Assembly: GCF_006345805.1 (NCBI RefSeq) | Contig: NC_043006.1 | Span: 44,206,001-44,270,000 of the forward strand | Direction of reading: 5' to 3' | From: Octopus sinensis | Taxonomy: Eukaryota | DNA length: 64,000 nt | Shown here: one piece after another, positions 51,805 to 64,000 of the stretch | How positions within the stretch are numbered: position 1 is the stretch's first letter | How the letters are laid out: each line of letters starts with the position of its first letter | Position numbers and translations under genes: made by a program | The notes under the pieces: model-generated | What the model saw: the letters and a program-made list of their open reading frames with translations, nothing else | What the model was told of the DNA's origin: nothing | Database searches by the model: none

Positions 51805-52012
51805 CCCTGAATGTAGTTCCCAGGTAGATTTAGTGACATATAATGTGACAAGGCTGGCCCTTTGAAATACAGGTACTACTCATTTTTGCCAGTTGAGTGA
51901 ACTGGAGCAACATGAAATAAAGTGTTTTGCACAAGGATGCAATGCATCTCCAAGAATTGAACTTACAACTTTGCGATTGTGAACTATATACCCTCACCAT
52001 TAAGCCACATGC
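51805..52012 (-). mobile_element. SINE family D-type
   Basis: gtgacaaggctggccctttgaaatacaggtac...actggagcaacatgaaataaagtg...taagccacatgcc. Confidence 0.75.
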
Positions 52013-52261
52013 CAGCATGTAAAAGAATAAAATAAAAAAAGATAAAAAGGAATTGCAATGAGAATAATGTCAACTTTGGCATGATTTGAACTTAAAACTA
52101 GAGCTACTGAAGAACAATGGTATTAATAATTATAATAGATAGAATATCCCTGAAATATTTTATTACTGAATAAAAGTTGTAAATATATGAACAAACGGTT
52201 ATCCAAATAATAAAATGCAACTTTAATTTAGAAAATAAAAGGGGGGCGGAATTTGACAGGG

Positions 52262-52483
52262 CCCTTTCATTACCATATTTCTGTTGAGATGCCCTGTGTT
52301 TCTTTTAATTAATTTTAAATATAACAAAGAATTTAGTAAAATAACTTAGTTATCATTAAGCTAATGTTAGGAACATCAATTGTGACTAAGGTTTGGTGGA
52401 AGATTTTAATTCAAAACTTATGAAAGCAAGACATTTGTACTACAGAGCCAGACACAGTTTCAGCCAGGTTGGTATAAAAGGGG
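52262..52483. mobile_element. TTAA/piggyBac-type MITE family 1 (inverted)
   Basis: Reverse complement of 30056-30277; ends ggtataaaagggg|ttaa. Confidence 0.85.
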
Positions 52484-53482
52484 TTAAAACAACACTGTTA
52501 TAGAAAGCAAGTTTTCCATGCTGGGTTCAGTTAAACTGGTTCTAAGATAACCAAAAGTGTTGAAGGGGAAATGTTATCTTTACTATTACGAGCAGTTAAA
52601 TTAGCATTATTCTTGAATACACTTCACCTTTCTTTTTCTCATGTCATAACTGCATTTCACACGATCCATCCATATTGTGTTCAGTCCTTGCTTCCCAACA
52701 ACCCGAAAGACATTAAATGAAAGAAGCTGATAAATAATGGTTATTTTCATCAAGTTTATTAAACCTGGGACATGGACACACACCGTGGCAATCATATTAG
52801 CAACACATGCCAACAAATGACAAAGTTCAGAGATCCTCGATTCATTACTAAAGGCAACAGAAAACCTCAGTCAAATGAGAAACAGATGAGGGAAGAACAA
52901 GATTAAGACAGCAGCCAATACTATATTAATGGAGTAGTTGAAGAATAATGAAGACTAAGGATGGTAGCAGTGGCGGTGGTGATGTAGGAGGAGGATTTAC
53001 ATGGCAGTAGTAAGTAACAATGATAGCCTTTAACTCATCTGGATTAGCTGTGTCTATTTTAATCATAGGAAGAAAAACTATCCCACATTTTACTTATGGA
53101 ATTTTTGTATGTTATCTTACATTCATCAGCATAATTTCTGAGCGGTAAATGAAACCATAACAATTTAATTGACTCATACAACTCAATAACAACTCCATAG
53201 TGTTGGAGAGGCAATCAAGACTTTGTTTTGGGGTGATCCTTAGTGGCTTAGTCTCTGGCTAATGTGTGACTAAGGAAGTAACCTCAAAGCTAAGCTGTCA
53301 AATTGATAAACACAACTGATAAGGAGGACTGAATTTAGCTTCTCTTTTTTTTTTCTATTGTCTATTGTTAAATAGCTTAAGCTAGATTTTCTGGTTTCCT
53401 GAATGACAGATAAATTATAAATATACTTCAGTATGCAGGACTTCTTCAAACAAGTCAGTAAAAATTATAAGACAGCTGTTAA

Positions 53483-53704
53483 CTCTTTTGTTACTATATT
53501 TCTGTTGAGATGCTCCAAGTTTCTTTCAATTAATTTTAAATATAACAAAGAATTTAGTGAAATAACTTAGTTATGACCAAGCTAGCATTCAGAACATGAA
53601 TTGTGACTAAGGTTTGGTAGAAGATTTTAATTCAGAACTTTTGAAAAGAAGACATTTGTACTACAGAGCCAGAGGCGGTTTCAGCTGGGTTGGTATCAAA
53701 AGGG
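53483..53704. mobile_element. TTAA/piggyBac-type MITE family 1 (inverted)
   Basis: ttaa|ctcttttgttac ... ggtatcaaaaggg. Confidence 0.85.
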
Positions 53705-53744
53705 TCAAAGAATTGAACTAAATTTCTCTAATCTAGAAAAAAAA

Positions 53745-53965
53745 ATCTATTGCCATTGGACGGTTTGACTGGAGCTGACAAGCTGGAGAGAAACAGCAAG
53801 TTCCAGTCTGATTTGGCCTGGTTTCTACAGTGGGATACCCTTCCTAATGCCAACCACTTTACAGTGTATGCTTGGTGCTTTTAATGTGCCACCAGTGCAA
53901 GTGGTTTTTAGATTGCACTGGCATAAATGCTGTTTACATGGCACCAACTCAGGACTCTTGCTGGC
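53745..53965 (-). mobile_element. RTE 3'-tail fragment (family C)
   Basis: gtttctacagtgggatacccttcctaatgccaaccac. Confidence 0.7.
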
Positions 53966-54604
53966 CAATCCTCTTCACCAGAGGATGCAGTCTTAATAAT
54001 GATGGTATTTGACCATGGTTTTCATTATTTTCTAAATCGACTGAAAGAAAAATTGTGTATTCCAGCAGAAATATGGTGATAAAAGGGTTAAACAAGAAGA
54101 TATAAATAGGCTAACAGGCAAGCTACAAGACAAAACAGTAGAGTCAACAAATTGGCAAATGAACTGGAAGTTACACACACACACATACTTCCAGAAAGGA
54201 AAGTCTGTCAGAAATATGGTTAATAATCCAAGTGATAATAAAATAATTTTAAGACAATCATCAAAATGATTTCTATGCCAAATGAATCAATAAGACTGAT
54301 AAAATATAGAACAAAAAAAAATAAATAAAAGATCATTAATTTACAAACTTCCCACAATCTATTCTCACACCCATCTGCACATCGCAAATGTGGAAGGATA
54401 CTAATTAACATCGTTGATGAATTAAAAGATAAGAACAGCAGAAAAGCAAAATTAAAAAGATAAATAATAGAAAGGAAGCCAAGAAATCGGTAATTTATCA
54501 GCTAGCAGAATTGTATTATATAATCAATCAAATGGTAAAATTCTTAGTTCTCTCGTTTATAGCTTTAACAATAATTGTAATTTTTAAAAATACGTGTGTG
54601 TAAG

Positions 54605-54830
54605 TCATTTACATTCATCTTCGTTTAACATCTGTTTTCCATGCTGGCATGGGTTGGACAGTTTGACTTGAGGACTGGCAAGCCAATAGGCTGCATCAGG
54701 CTGCAATCTGATCTGGCAAGGTTTCTACAGCCGGATGCCCTTCCTAACGCCAACCACTTTGAGAGCACTGGCATTGACCACATTCGGATGGTGCTTTTTA
54801 CATAGGGAGCCAGTCAGGTGGTGCTGGCTC
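54605..54830 (-). mobile_element. RTE 3'-tail fragment (family C)
   Basis: tttccatgctggcatgggttggac...ggatgcccttcctaacgccaaccac. Confidence 0.8.
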
Positions 54831-54984
54831 GACTACCATCAACTTATAACATTATATAAATACGTTGTGTAAGCTGATGTATTTACTGTGTGATTTAGTT
54901 ATTTTAAATGTTCAGTTATTTACCTTTAAGGATATTACCAAAGCCCTTTGAAATCATACTAAGGATGTGAGATAAATAAACACA

Positions 54985-55385
54985 ATTAGCATGGCTGTGT
55001 GGTTAACAAGCTTGATTTGCAACCATATGGTTTCAGGTTCAGTCCCACTGTACAGTACCTGGGACAAGTGTCTACTATAATCTCAGGCTGAAAATCCCTT
55101 GTGAAGGAATTAAGTAAACAGAAATTATTAGAAAGCCAATCATATATAAATATGTGTGTGTTGTGTTTGTCCTCACCACTACTGGACAAGTGAGGCTGGT
55201 TTGTTTACATTCCCCATAACTTAACAGTTCAGCAAAAGAGACTGACAGAATAAGTACCAGCCTTGAAAAAAATAAATAATGCTGTCCATTTATTTGACTA
55301 AACCCTTGAAGATGGTACCCCAGTGAGACTGCAATCCAATGACTGAAATTAGTAAAAGCTAAAAAATCCAAAAAGCTGAAATTAA
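54985..55385 (+). mobile_element. SINE family B
   Basis: catggctgtgtggttaac...ggttcagtcccactg...gcaaaagagactgacagaataagtacc. Confidence 0.82.
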
Positions 55386-55920
55386 AAAGCAACCCAAAAT
55401 ATCAATCCTAATGCCATTGATAATAGCACTATACTTTAGGAGAAGGGAAATTTGGATGGTTATTATAAACAGCACATTGATAATAGCCATCCAAATTTAG
55501 GGCTTCAACAGTAACCAACTACAAAGAAACCATTGTTTCAGGCTGAACTCTCTTTGGAACAACTAGCTTACAAGTGACTCAGTTCTTTGTTCAAAGTCAC
55601 GTAAAGCCTTAAATATTTTGCAGATATCAGCTGTGCAAATAAGTCCCTCTTGAAACACATTTCAGACATAGAAAAAAGCCCCTTGCAGATTTTGCAAGAT
55701 TAATTATACATAAGCTCACTTGTAAATACAAGTTAATCTAGATCTTTTCAATTTAAAGAAATTACCATGCAAAACAACAGTTCTTGTTTAATGCTAATCT
55801 AATCACTTTAGTCCACCACTTAATCTTATTAGAGAGCAACAGGCATTTCATAAGTGATAGTACATCATTTACTCCAGGTTATCAAAAGTTTACAAAATTA
55901 AATTTGTTACAAATACATAC

Positions 55921-55961
<41 letters not shown>

Positions 55962-56622
55962 TATATATTATATATATATATATATATTATTACTATTATT
56001 ATTATTACTACAATATTATTTTCCAGCGAAATAAAGCACCATAAAGGTAGAATTATAAATAGAGACTAGTACTAATTTTTGCCTCTTTACATTCAGAGAC
56101 AGGGTACTAATTTTTGCCTCTATACATTCAGTGAAGCTTTACCTAACGCCAATTGATTATCAACTGCTATTTCCAGCAAAAACTGGTACCATGTTGATCC
56201 ACTATTTCCTATATATATATATATTCTATTTTACTTGTTTCAGTCATTTGACTGCAGCCATGCTGGAGCACTGCCCCAAGAGGTTCTTTAGACAAAGCTC
56301 TCTGAATTTTGGCCATCCTAATCTTATTCTCACAGCTATGCTCTTGGAGCATCCACCTCCACTACTGACTTGGTTACATAGATAATGGAAGCTATCTACT
56401 ACTACTAGCTTACCTCACTGGCAGTTGATGGGGGTCTATTTATATACACACATACATAATATATATATATATATATATATTAGTTTACTTATTAAGAAAG
56501 TGGAAGCTATATTTCACGATGAATAAGCAAGTCATTAGCAACAAAGCAATCAAAAGTAAGATATAATTACTGAATCCTTCCAAAACCAAGGAATAAATTC
56601 ATTTCAACAATATGAATCAATA

Positions 56623-56837
56623 AGGTGGCGAGCTGGCAGAATCATTAGCATGCCAGGTAAAATGCTTAGCACCATTTCATGTCTTTGTGTTCTGAGTTCA
56701 AATTCTGCCAAGGTCCATTTTTGCCTTTTGTCCTTTCAGGGTCAATAAAATAAGTACCAATCGACCACTAAGGAAGATGTAATCAACTTATTCCTTCCCT
56801 TGAAATAGCTGGCTTTGTGCCAAAATTTGAAACAAAT
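56623..56837 (+). mobile_element. SINE family A with 14-bp TSD
   Basis: aatatgaatcaata at both 56609-56622 and 56838-56851; intact A/B-box head. Confidence 0.92.
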
Positions 56838-57639
56838 AATATGAATCAATATGGGGGGGGGGCGTTTTTGAGAAAGAATGGTTGAATTATCATTTATCAT
56901 CATTTGTTAACATTTTGTTATACTAGCATCAATTACATGACCAGTTTGTTTGAAAAGTAGTATTTTTTCTTTACATATCACAGATTTGTATCCTCTCATT
57001 AGTGAGATGAATAAGTTTTAAGGACCAACTTAATTACTTCATGATAGATCTTATTTGGTCTAGCCAAACCCCACTCTAATTTGTAGTACCAACTCGAATT
57101 CATTTCTAGCACTATTTCATCAAAATAGTTATGCAATTATAAAGAAATGCTGAATCTATTAATAAAATGAAGATGTAAGTAGGACTACGTTTGTTGTATT
57201 CTCCACCATGCATCCAGCCACCCACTTTGTTACATAATTAGAAGAAATATTTCACCCAATGTTAACAAAGAAGTTCATAAATGAAAATAAATAATTTCTT
57301 GACATATCTATGTGGCACAACAGCTGTGAGATTAAGAAACCAGACTACTGGAAGTTCAGTGAAAGAAACCAACAGATATGAGTAACTGGCTTAAAAAAAA
57401 AAAAAACACTCCCTCGGTTTGATTTGTTAGACTAAATTCTTCCAGACAGTGCCCCAGCATGGCTGCAGTCAAATGACTAAAGCAAATAAGCTCAAATCAT
57501 ACTATTATCATTGTGTTGCATCTTTAAGCAAGCTTCATAATTTTCCTTGATCCAGTTTGCCTAAAGGAATAACAAAATAAAAAAGAGGTTCTCTCCCAAT
57601 TTTACAATTGGGTGGTTTTTTAGTAAGGGGTGTGGCACT

Positions 57640-58222
57640 ATCAATTATGACAATGAGGTTTCCATTGATCTGATGAACAGAATAGCCTGATCATGAAATT
57701 AACATGCAAGTGGCTGAGCACTCCACAGACACACATACCCTTAACACTAGTTGTCAGGGAGATTCCACATGACATATCGATCCCAGTACTTGACTGGTAC
57801 TCAATTTATCGATCCCAAAAGAATGAAAGGCAAAGTCAATCTCGACAGAATTTGAACTCAGAATATAGCAGCAGACAAAATACTGCTAAGCATTTCACCT
57901 GGCACACTAACAATTCTGCCAGCTTGCCACCTTAATAATAATAATAATAATAATAATAGCATATAATAGCTATACTATTGAAGCAAGAGCACTCCACAGA
58001 CACACATGCCCTTAACACTAGTTCTCAGGGAGATTCCGCATGACATAGAATGTGACAAGACTGATCTTTGAATTACAGGTACAACTCATTTTTGCCATCT
58101 GAGTAGACTGGAGCAACATGAAATAAATGTCTTGCTCAAGAGCACAACGCACTACCAGGAATTGAACTCACAACCTTACGATAATAAGCTGATTACCTAA
58201 ACACTAAGCTACAAGCCTTCAG
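57640..58222 (-). mobile_element. SINE family D-type containing a nested family A fragment (57778-57932)
   Basis: A roughly 60-bp segment gagcactccacagacacaca...atgacat is present on both sides of the insert. Confidence 0.75.
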
Positions 58223-59104
58223 AGTAAGGGGTGTGTCCACTTATAAAAACAACTGATTCCACCAGTAAATCATTGTATCCATTGCAAGCATGGAAGGAAA
58301 GAATTGACATGAAACCAAAACCATGCAACTGCAAAATGAGCTACTTAACCGCACAACCATGTTTTAATGTTCCTTTTTCTATGCTGACATGAATTGGTTG
58401 TACTTACAGAATAACCTATGAACAGTTTGAAATTAAAGACTTGTCATCATAAAATATGTTTTAATTGCTGGCTATGTTTGGAAAACGGTTTTTACTAGGT
58501 GCAACCCCTTTCAGTGGTAGTGTCTGCAGACTTAATCTGGCTAAACTGTAAATTGTTTTTAGTCAACTATTTGGGTCAACCTACACAAGCATCAAAAGAC
58601 AAAAAAAAAATTAAAGCAGTCATTCTTCTTGCATATAGTTATCAATACCTCACCATAATGCCAAGTTAATTTTTTTGACCCTTCATCACCAGATTTTTTA
58701 GTTTTACCCACTATTATTTTGGAAAGGAACCGAGATTAAGTTTTTCCCTACTTCCTCTCCCATTTCTCCATCCCTTGCTCCCCCATACACTTTCTAAAAG
58801 TTCAAGCCCATCCACACACCTAGTTCCTCTCTCGCCATTCACTTCTACTCACCTTGTATCTTGAGGAACTACCTGGAAACCTCATCACCACTATTTATCA
58901 GTTTTCAGCTCCTATTGGGTATTCACACTCTCTCTTCTAACTCTGAAAAGCTATGTAACTCCTTTACAATAAGAACATGCTCATCTACACTTCTCTCAAT
59001 ACTTTAATCCCTCATCTCTTAATATAAAGCTGCCTCCATCCCCATCTCCTAATATAAAGCTGCTTCCATCCATAAAGCTGCCACCATGCCTCACATTTCA
59101 TAGT

Positions 59105-59320
59105 CTTGCTAGCTGCATGGTGACCTCACAAGTGCTGAAGCCGTGTAAAAAGCACCCAGTACAAGTTGTCAAGAGGTTGGCATTAAGAAGGGCATCCAGT
59201 CATAGAAACCATCCCAAAGCAGACACTGGAATATGATGCATCCCTTGAACTTATTGAATCATGTCAACCCATCCAATCCATGCCTGCTTGGAACATGGAT
59301 GTTAAATGATTATAATGAGG
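59105..59320 (+). mobile_element. RTE 3'-tail fragment (family C, degenerate)
   Basis: aaaagcaccc...ggttggcattaagaagggcatccag. Confidence 0.65.
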
Positions 59321-59744
59321 AGGGTATACAGAAAACATGTTACTGTTTCTGAGTAGGCTATTTCGTTCTTCAGTAATGCTTAAAAAATAAGTACTGCATT
59401 CTCTGAGAATATATTAGTTGTAGCAGTTGTCTCATCTACTTAACATTATCGAATCCAAAACAAAACACTAGCATTTACCATTATTTATAATTTTTTTTTT
59501 ATTATTATTTTGGCTGAGTTAAAAGTACCAACACACTGTTATGCAGTGCAATCTTAGGCAAGAAAGAAAACTTATTTTGAAACTAGATATCACAACAGTA
59601 TTTATAGTTTCCATTCATAAAATGGCTATGCCAACAACTCCAGTAAATATCCAGACGTTCAGAAATACCCAATCTGAGCTAACTTGCTACAAGGAATATA
59701 AATACGAAAGAGCGTTTTGTTTTGTTTTGTTCGTAACTAACTAG

Positions 59745-60210
59745 ATGCAAGCATGGATGTGTGGTTAGGAAACTCACTTTGTAACCACATGGTTTCAGGA
59801 TCAGTCTCACTACACAGCACCCTATACCAAAGCCCCGATCCAACCAATGCTTTGCGAATATATTTGGTAAATGGAAACTGAAAGAAGCCTGTCATGTGTG
59901 TATGTATATGTGTGCATATAGAATATATTAGATTGATGCTTAGTGAAAGTTTAAGACAGAAAAATAGGAGTGGAAATGATGCTTCAAGCCTGGTTCATCA
60001 TCAGAAAGAGGCAAAGTCTACATGAGCATGCGAGTGTCTTCATGTTTGTTCCCCCACCCACTGGTTAAAGACCAGTATTGGGTTGTTTATGTCCTTGCAA
60101 CTTAGCAACTTAGTAAAAGATAAGTACTAGGAGCGATTTGTTTGGCTAAGTCCTTCAAAGCAGTGCCCCAGCATGGCCACAGCCCAATGAGTGAGACATG
60201 TAAAACATAG
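59745..60210 (+). mobile_element. SINE family B (degenerate)
   Basis: catggatgtgtggttagg...ggaaactgaaagaagcc...ccagcatggccacagccc. Confidence 0.75.
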
Positions 60211-61935
60211 AAGGTAATTCCACAAAAACTTCAAATACCAGGAAGCAAAATAATGAAAATACAAAGAGTTGTCTCAGCTTATTTTTCAAAAGTTTTTCAA
60301 GCAAGATTGTGATATAAACAAGGAAATTAGCTTCTGTCTCTATATATAATATTATAAGCCAACGCAATCAGAAAGAAAATATAGAACTATTATAACAAAG
60401 TTTCAAACCACTGACCCTAGAATTGACATCTAGCAGATGGAAGATAATCAGAAACAAGGAAATCTGATAAAAACAATAATATTAAAAGATTAATGTTATA
60501 ACACAATAACCTAATATGCATATGAACAGACAAATATATCTTTGTATAGGGTCAACATGGATCAAGTTGTAAAGATAAATTATTCCATGCTCCCATTCCA
60601 CACATACATCAATTTATAAAGTGCTTTACAATAAATTGGTTAATAGTGTTGCTGCATAAAATTATAAATTGGCCAGACATACTCTTGTAATAATCATCGT
60701 CTGGTGAGAAGGGGGTGAGTAGAAACCGTACTTATCTGTGTGTATGTATGTGTGCGTTAGATAGATATATATATAATAAGATTTTATGTGTGTGTGAGTG
60801 TGTTTATATAAAATGTAATTAGTGTGTTATGAAGATAAGGAATCTGTAATAAATAAGGCTTTCGCATCCTCATCCATGGATGTGTTCTGTGCTGTATCTT
60901 TTTTTAGTCAATACAGATAAATGGAGAATGGCCTTCTAGAGGGAAACACTACAATCTGATGCAAATCTTTACACTAAGTATGTCTAGCAAGAGAGACAGA
61001 CTGACAGACAGGCAGAGACAGACAGAGATGTATAGCTCTAGAAACTAGTAGATACAATATACCATCTTATAGTGGGGGAATCTGAATATATCATACCAAA
61101 GGGAAGAGAGAAAAAGGGCAGTGATAGTCAGTCGTATCAGATCAAAAAAACGCTACAATGAACAACCAGCTGGTGAAAAAACAGAGCTAGACAAATTGCC
61201 TGAAATAATTCTTTCTTATAGAACATAGATATAAATAAATTCTTTGTGGTAGGTTTTGGTGTAAGCCTAATTTTTGTTGAGGAGTGGGTCATCAAAACAA
61301 CAAATACTGCTAAATGACACAAGTGTTCTTGTAAAAAAAAACAAAAAAGGAAAAAAATGTCAGTGGTAGTTATAAAAGAACGACATAATGTCAGCGAGTG
61401 GCTCCAGCAAAAGAACATTTTAAGATGTTTTTCCACAGTTTAAATCATGTGTCACCAAGTGAGTACTTTCACATCAAGGAAGATGAAACAGAGGGAGGGA
61501 GGAGTGAGGGAAAACTACAGCCGTTAGTGTGAAGTCGACATGACCCAAGTAATGATATTTAAGAGTTGTATATTAGAAGGAGAAATGGAGTGTGTGATAT
61601 GGAAAAAATGTAAAATGAATGGAATTCAAGTAAGCCAATTTGGAAAAAACAGGTTACTTTACTGGCTGCTACTGAGAAATGAGGATAAGAAAGAAAGAAG
61701 ACATCAAGGAAGACGAAAATAGAATATATAATTAGCTGAGAACAGGACCAAGTGAGAGATAAATTACCACAAGACAAATACAATTTGCTTGGTTGACAGT
61801 AGTACTATATTGACAGAAATGTAGTTAAATGGAACAACAATGTTAAAAAAAAACAAAGAGAAAGAAAATCACCCAAAAAAAGTCTAACAATTTACGGTGC
61901 ACTTTTCTAAAACTGATTAAAATAATAATGATAAA

Positions 61936-62480
61936 TTATTATTATTATTATTGAGTGAGAGAGCAGTGCATGCCATCAAAGTGAAACTGTGGTAAAATAT
62001 ACGAAGCCCAGTATACCCATCATGACTATCCATCTGATAAGGGTACACCAGGCACATGCATCACAACCATATGTGCGCGACATGGTGATAAACGGCGCGT
62101 GACCTTGCAGGTGGGGCCCAGTTAGAATTTTCTTCTGGTCGAGTAACCCAACCTGCTCAAAAGGTCCCTGAATAAGGGTTGTTTAAGGATGTTGAACAAA
62201 ACATGTTTCCAGGGGTGAATTATTCAAACCCCAAAGAGTCCCTCTCAACACATGGCTATGATGCTCCCCCACTACTTCTGCTCGTGATCAGAGACGCACA
62301 TATCATGAGCCACTAAGGGACATGCTCAACTGGTTAAGGTCAAACAACTGACAAGCAAATCTGTGGTATTGAGCAGAATATTTGCTGCAGCCCATCTTTT
62401 ATACCAAGACAAAACAATGTACATGATAGCACTTCCAATCAGAAGTCACGAGAGCCACTGCTTGGTACTGCATCAGGGCA

Positions 62481-62481
<1 letters not shown>
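61936..62481 (-). mobile_element. About 530-bp non-coding (TAA)n-tailed element flanked by (TAT)n on both sides
   Basis: The 3' part matches 34783-35136; minus-strand end gcactgctctctcactc(aat)n; no ORF. Confidence 0.75.
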
Positions 62482-62510
<29 letters not shown>

Positions 62511-62511
<1 letters not shown>

Positions 62512-62725
62512 GGCAGAATTGTTAGCATGCCGGGCAAAATGTTTAGTGGCATTTCATCCATCACTACGTTCTGAGTTCAACTTCTGTCAAGGTTGACTTT
62601 GTCTTTCATCCTTTCGGGGTCAATAAATTAAGTACCAGTGAAACACTGGGGTTGATGTAATTGACTAGTCCTCTACCTACCAAATTTCAGGCCTTGTGCC
62701 TTTAGTGGAAAGGATTATTATTATT
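62511..62725 (+). mobile_element. SINE family A with (ATT)n tail
   Basis: tggcagaattgttagcatgccgggc...gaaaggattattattatt. Confidence 0.87.
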
Positions 62726-63049
62726 CTGGAAGAGGACACTTTCCCATGCTTTGGAGATGCCAGAAGAATCCAGGATTTTTGTGTGGGGTTTACTCCGGAT
62801 TACCCTAAGTGAACTGCCCCACTATTGGGGATTCTATTTATTATTTATTTCTTTACTTTCTATTATATATCCTCTGTTATATCCTTTAATGTGGTAGTAT
62901 CTCCCCTTGACTGGTGTTAACCCTACATGTTTTTGTAACTTTTTGTGCTGTAACTTGTCCTTCAATACTGTCTTCCATACCTTGGGCCCTTGTGACTAAT
63001 AAAAAAAAACGTTGTTGTTGCTGCTGCTGCTACTGATGTTGTTTCAAAT

Positions 63050-63240
63050 TTTGGCTAAAGATCAGTGGGGATGGTAGTCAATTATGTGGACTCCAGTACT
63101 TGACTGGTACTTTATTTTATCCACCCTGCAAAGATGAAAAGCTAAGTTGACTTCCACAGTATTTGAGCACAGAACATAAAGAACTAGAAAAGAGTATTTT
63201 GTCCAACTTACAAATGACTCTACCAGCACACCAACTTAAT
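63050..63240 (-). mobile_element. SINE family A (degenerate)
   Basis: gtacttgactggtacttt...gatgaaaagctaagttgac. Confidence 0.55.
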
Positions 63241-63252
63241 AATAATAATAAC

Positions 63253-63612
63253 AACAAGAGCACCCAGAGAACGCTAACCTCTGCCAAGACAACAACACCA
63301 TCCTCTCAATGATTAGCCAGAGATGATTTTCAAAATGAGAATATCTGAAATAAACTCAACTGTTCTCACAAAAGAGAATACTAAAAATGAACCAACCACC
63401 CTCAAAAATTAAGTAAAAAACAGTAAAGATAATCCAGAATCGTTGTCTGGTACCAGATCGATCCCAAAATCTAATCAGTTCATGCCAGTCACAAGGCCAA
63501 ACATCCCTGAAAGTTTCATCCGAATCCATCCAGCAGTTTTTGGGATATCTTGTCCACAGACAAACAAACACAACTGAAAAACAATACCTCTTACTTCACT
63601 AAGTCAGCAGTA
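63253..63612. mobile_element. Helentron/Helitron-type non-autonomous element (HINE/DINE-like)
   Basis: aacctctgccaag near the left end, aaagtttcatccgaatccatccagcagttttt..gatatcttgtccacagacaaacaaac, and a degenerate terminal hairpin acctc...taagtcagcagt; this layout is typical of HINE/DINE-like elements. Confidence 0.6.
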
Positions 63613-63689
63613 ATAATAATAATAATGATAATAACTACAACGACAAAAAAATAATAATAATAACTACAACAAAAATAATAATAATAATA

Positions 63690-63800
63690 ATCCTTTTTAA
63701 TATAGGTACAAGACATGAAATTTATGGGGTAAGGGGCTAGCTGATTACATCAATCCAAGCTCAACTGGTATTTATTTCATAAACCATGTAAGAATGAAAA
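63690..63800 (-). mobile_element. SINE family A 3' fragment
   Basis: aatcctttttaatataggtacaag...ctggtatttatttc. Confidence 0.6.
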
Positions 63801-64000
63801 GGAAGAAACAATTTCTTAGAGCACAAATTATTAATAAAATAGCTATTTTTCTCTATCATTCACTCATTCTAATATGTAAATATGAATTATTAGAGCATAT
63901 ATTTTCAAAGCCAGGTGGTTTTTTTCTTAATAAATAGGAGCAATTTTACCTACTTTAGGAGATACAATATAATGATTGTAGCAGGATTTAATCTACTAGC

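Noticed and set aside
56414-56435. 22-nt microexon candidate with a strong gag|gtaagc donor
   Set aside because: The acceptor lacks a pyrimidine tract (tataaatag) and there is no other support.

Overview
This is AT-rich, CpG-depleted, microsatellite-dense animal genomic DNA. The repeat families look like those of an octopus/cephalopod genome (recognised from memory, not from a database search). I find no credible intact host protein-coding gene, rRNA, true tRNA or CRISPR array. The window reads as a large intron or intergenic region packed with repeats: (i) tRNA-headed SINE families, given working labels A, B and D/E here; (ii) many short copies of an RTE-LINE 3' tail (label C) plus one young 5'-truncated RTE LINE at 50.8-51.7 kb; (iii) decayed CR1-group and RTE ORF2 remnants; (iv) hAT, Tc1/mariner and TTAA/piggyBac-type MITEs, several nested with clear target-site duplications; (v) a Helentron-type non-autonomous element; (vi) (TAA)n-tailed elements. 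The least explained segment is a young, CpG-rich, unclassified element at about 46.9-47.7 kb with a 171-bp direct repeat and a canonical G-quadruplex motif. A few minus-strand splice-site-bounded microexon candidates are offered as low-confidence hypotheses only. Most repeat boundaries are approximate (about +/-10-20 bp) unless TSD/TIR coordinates are given.
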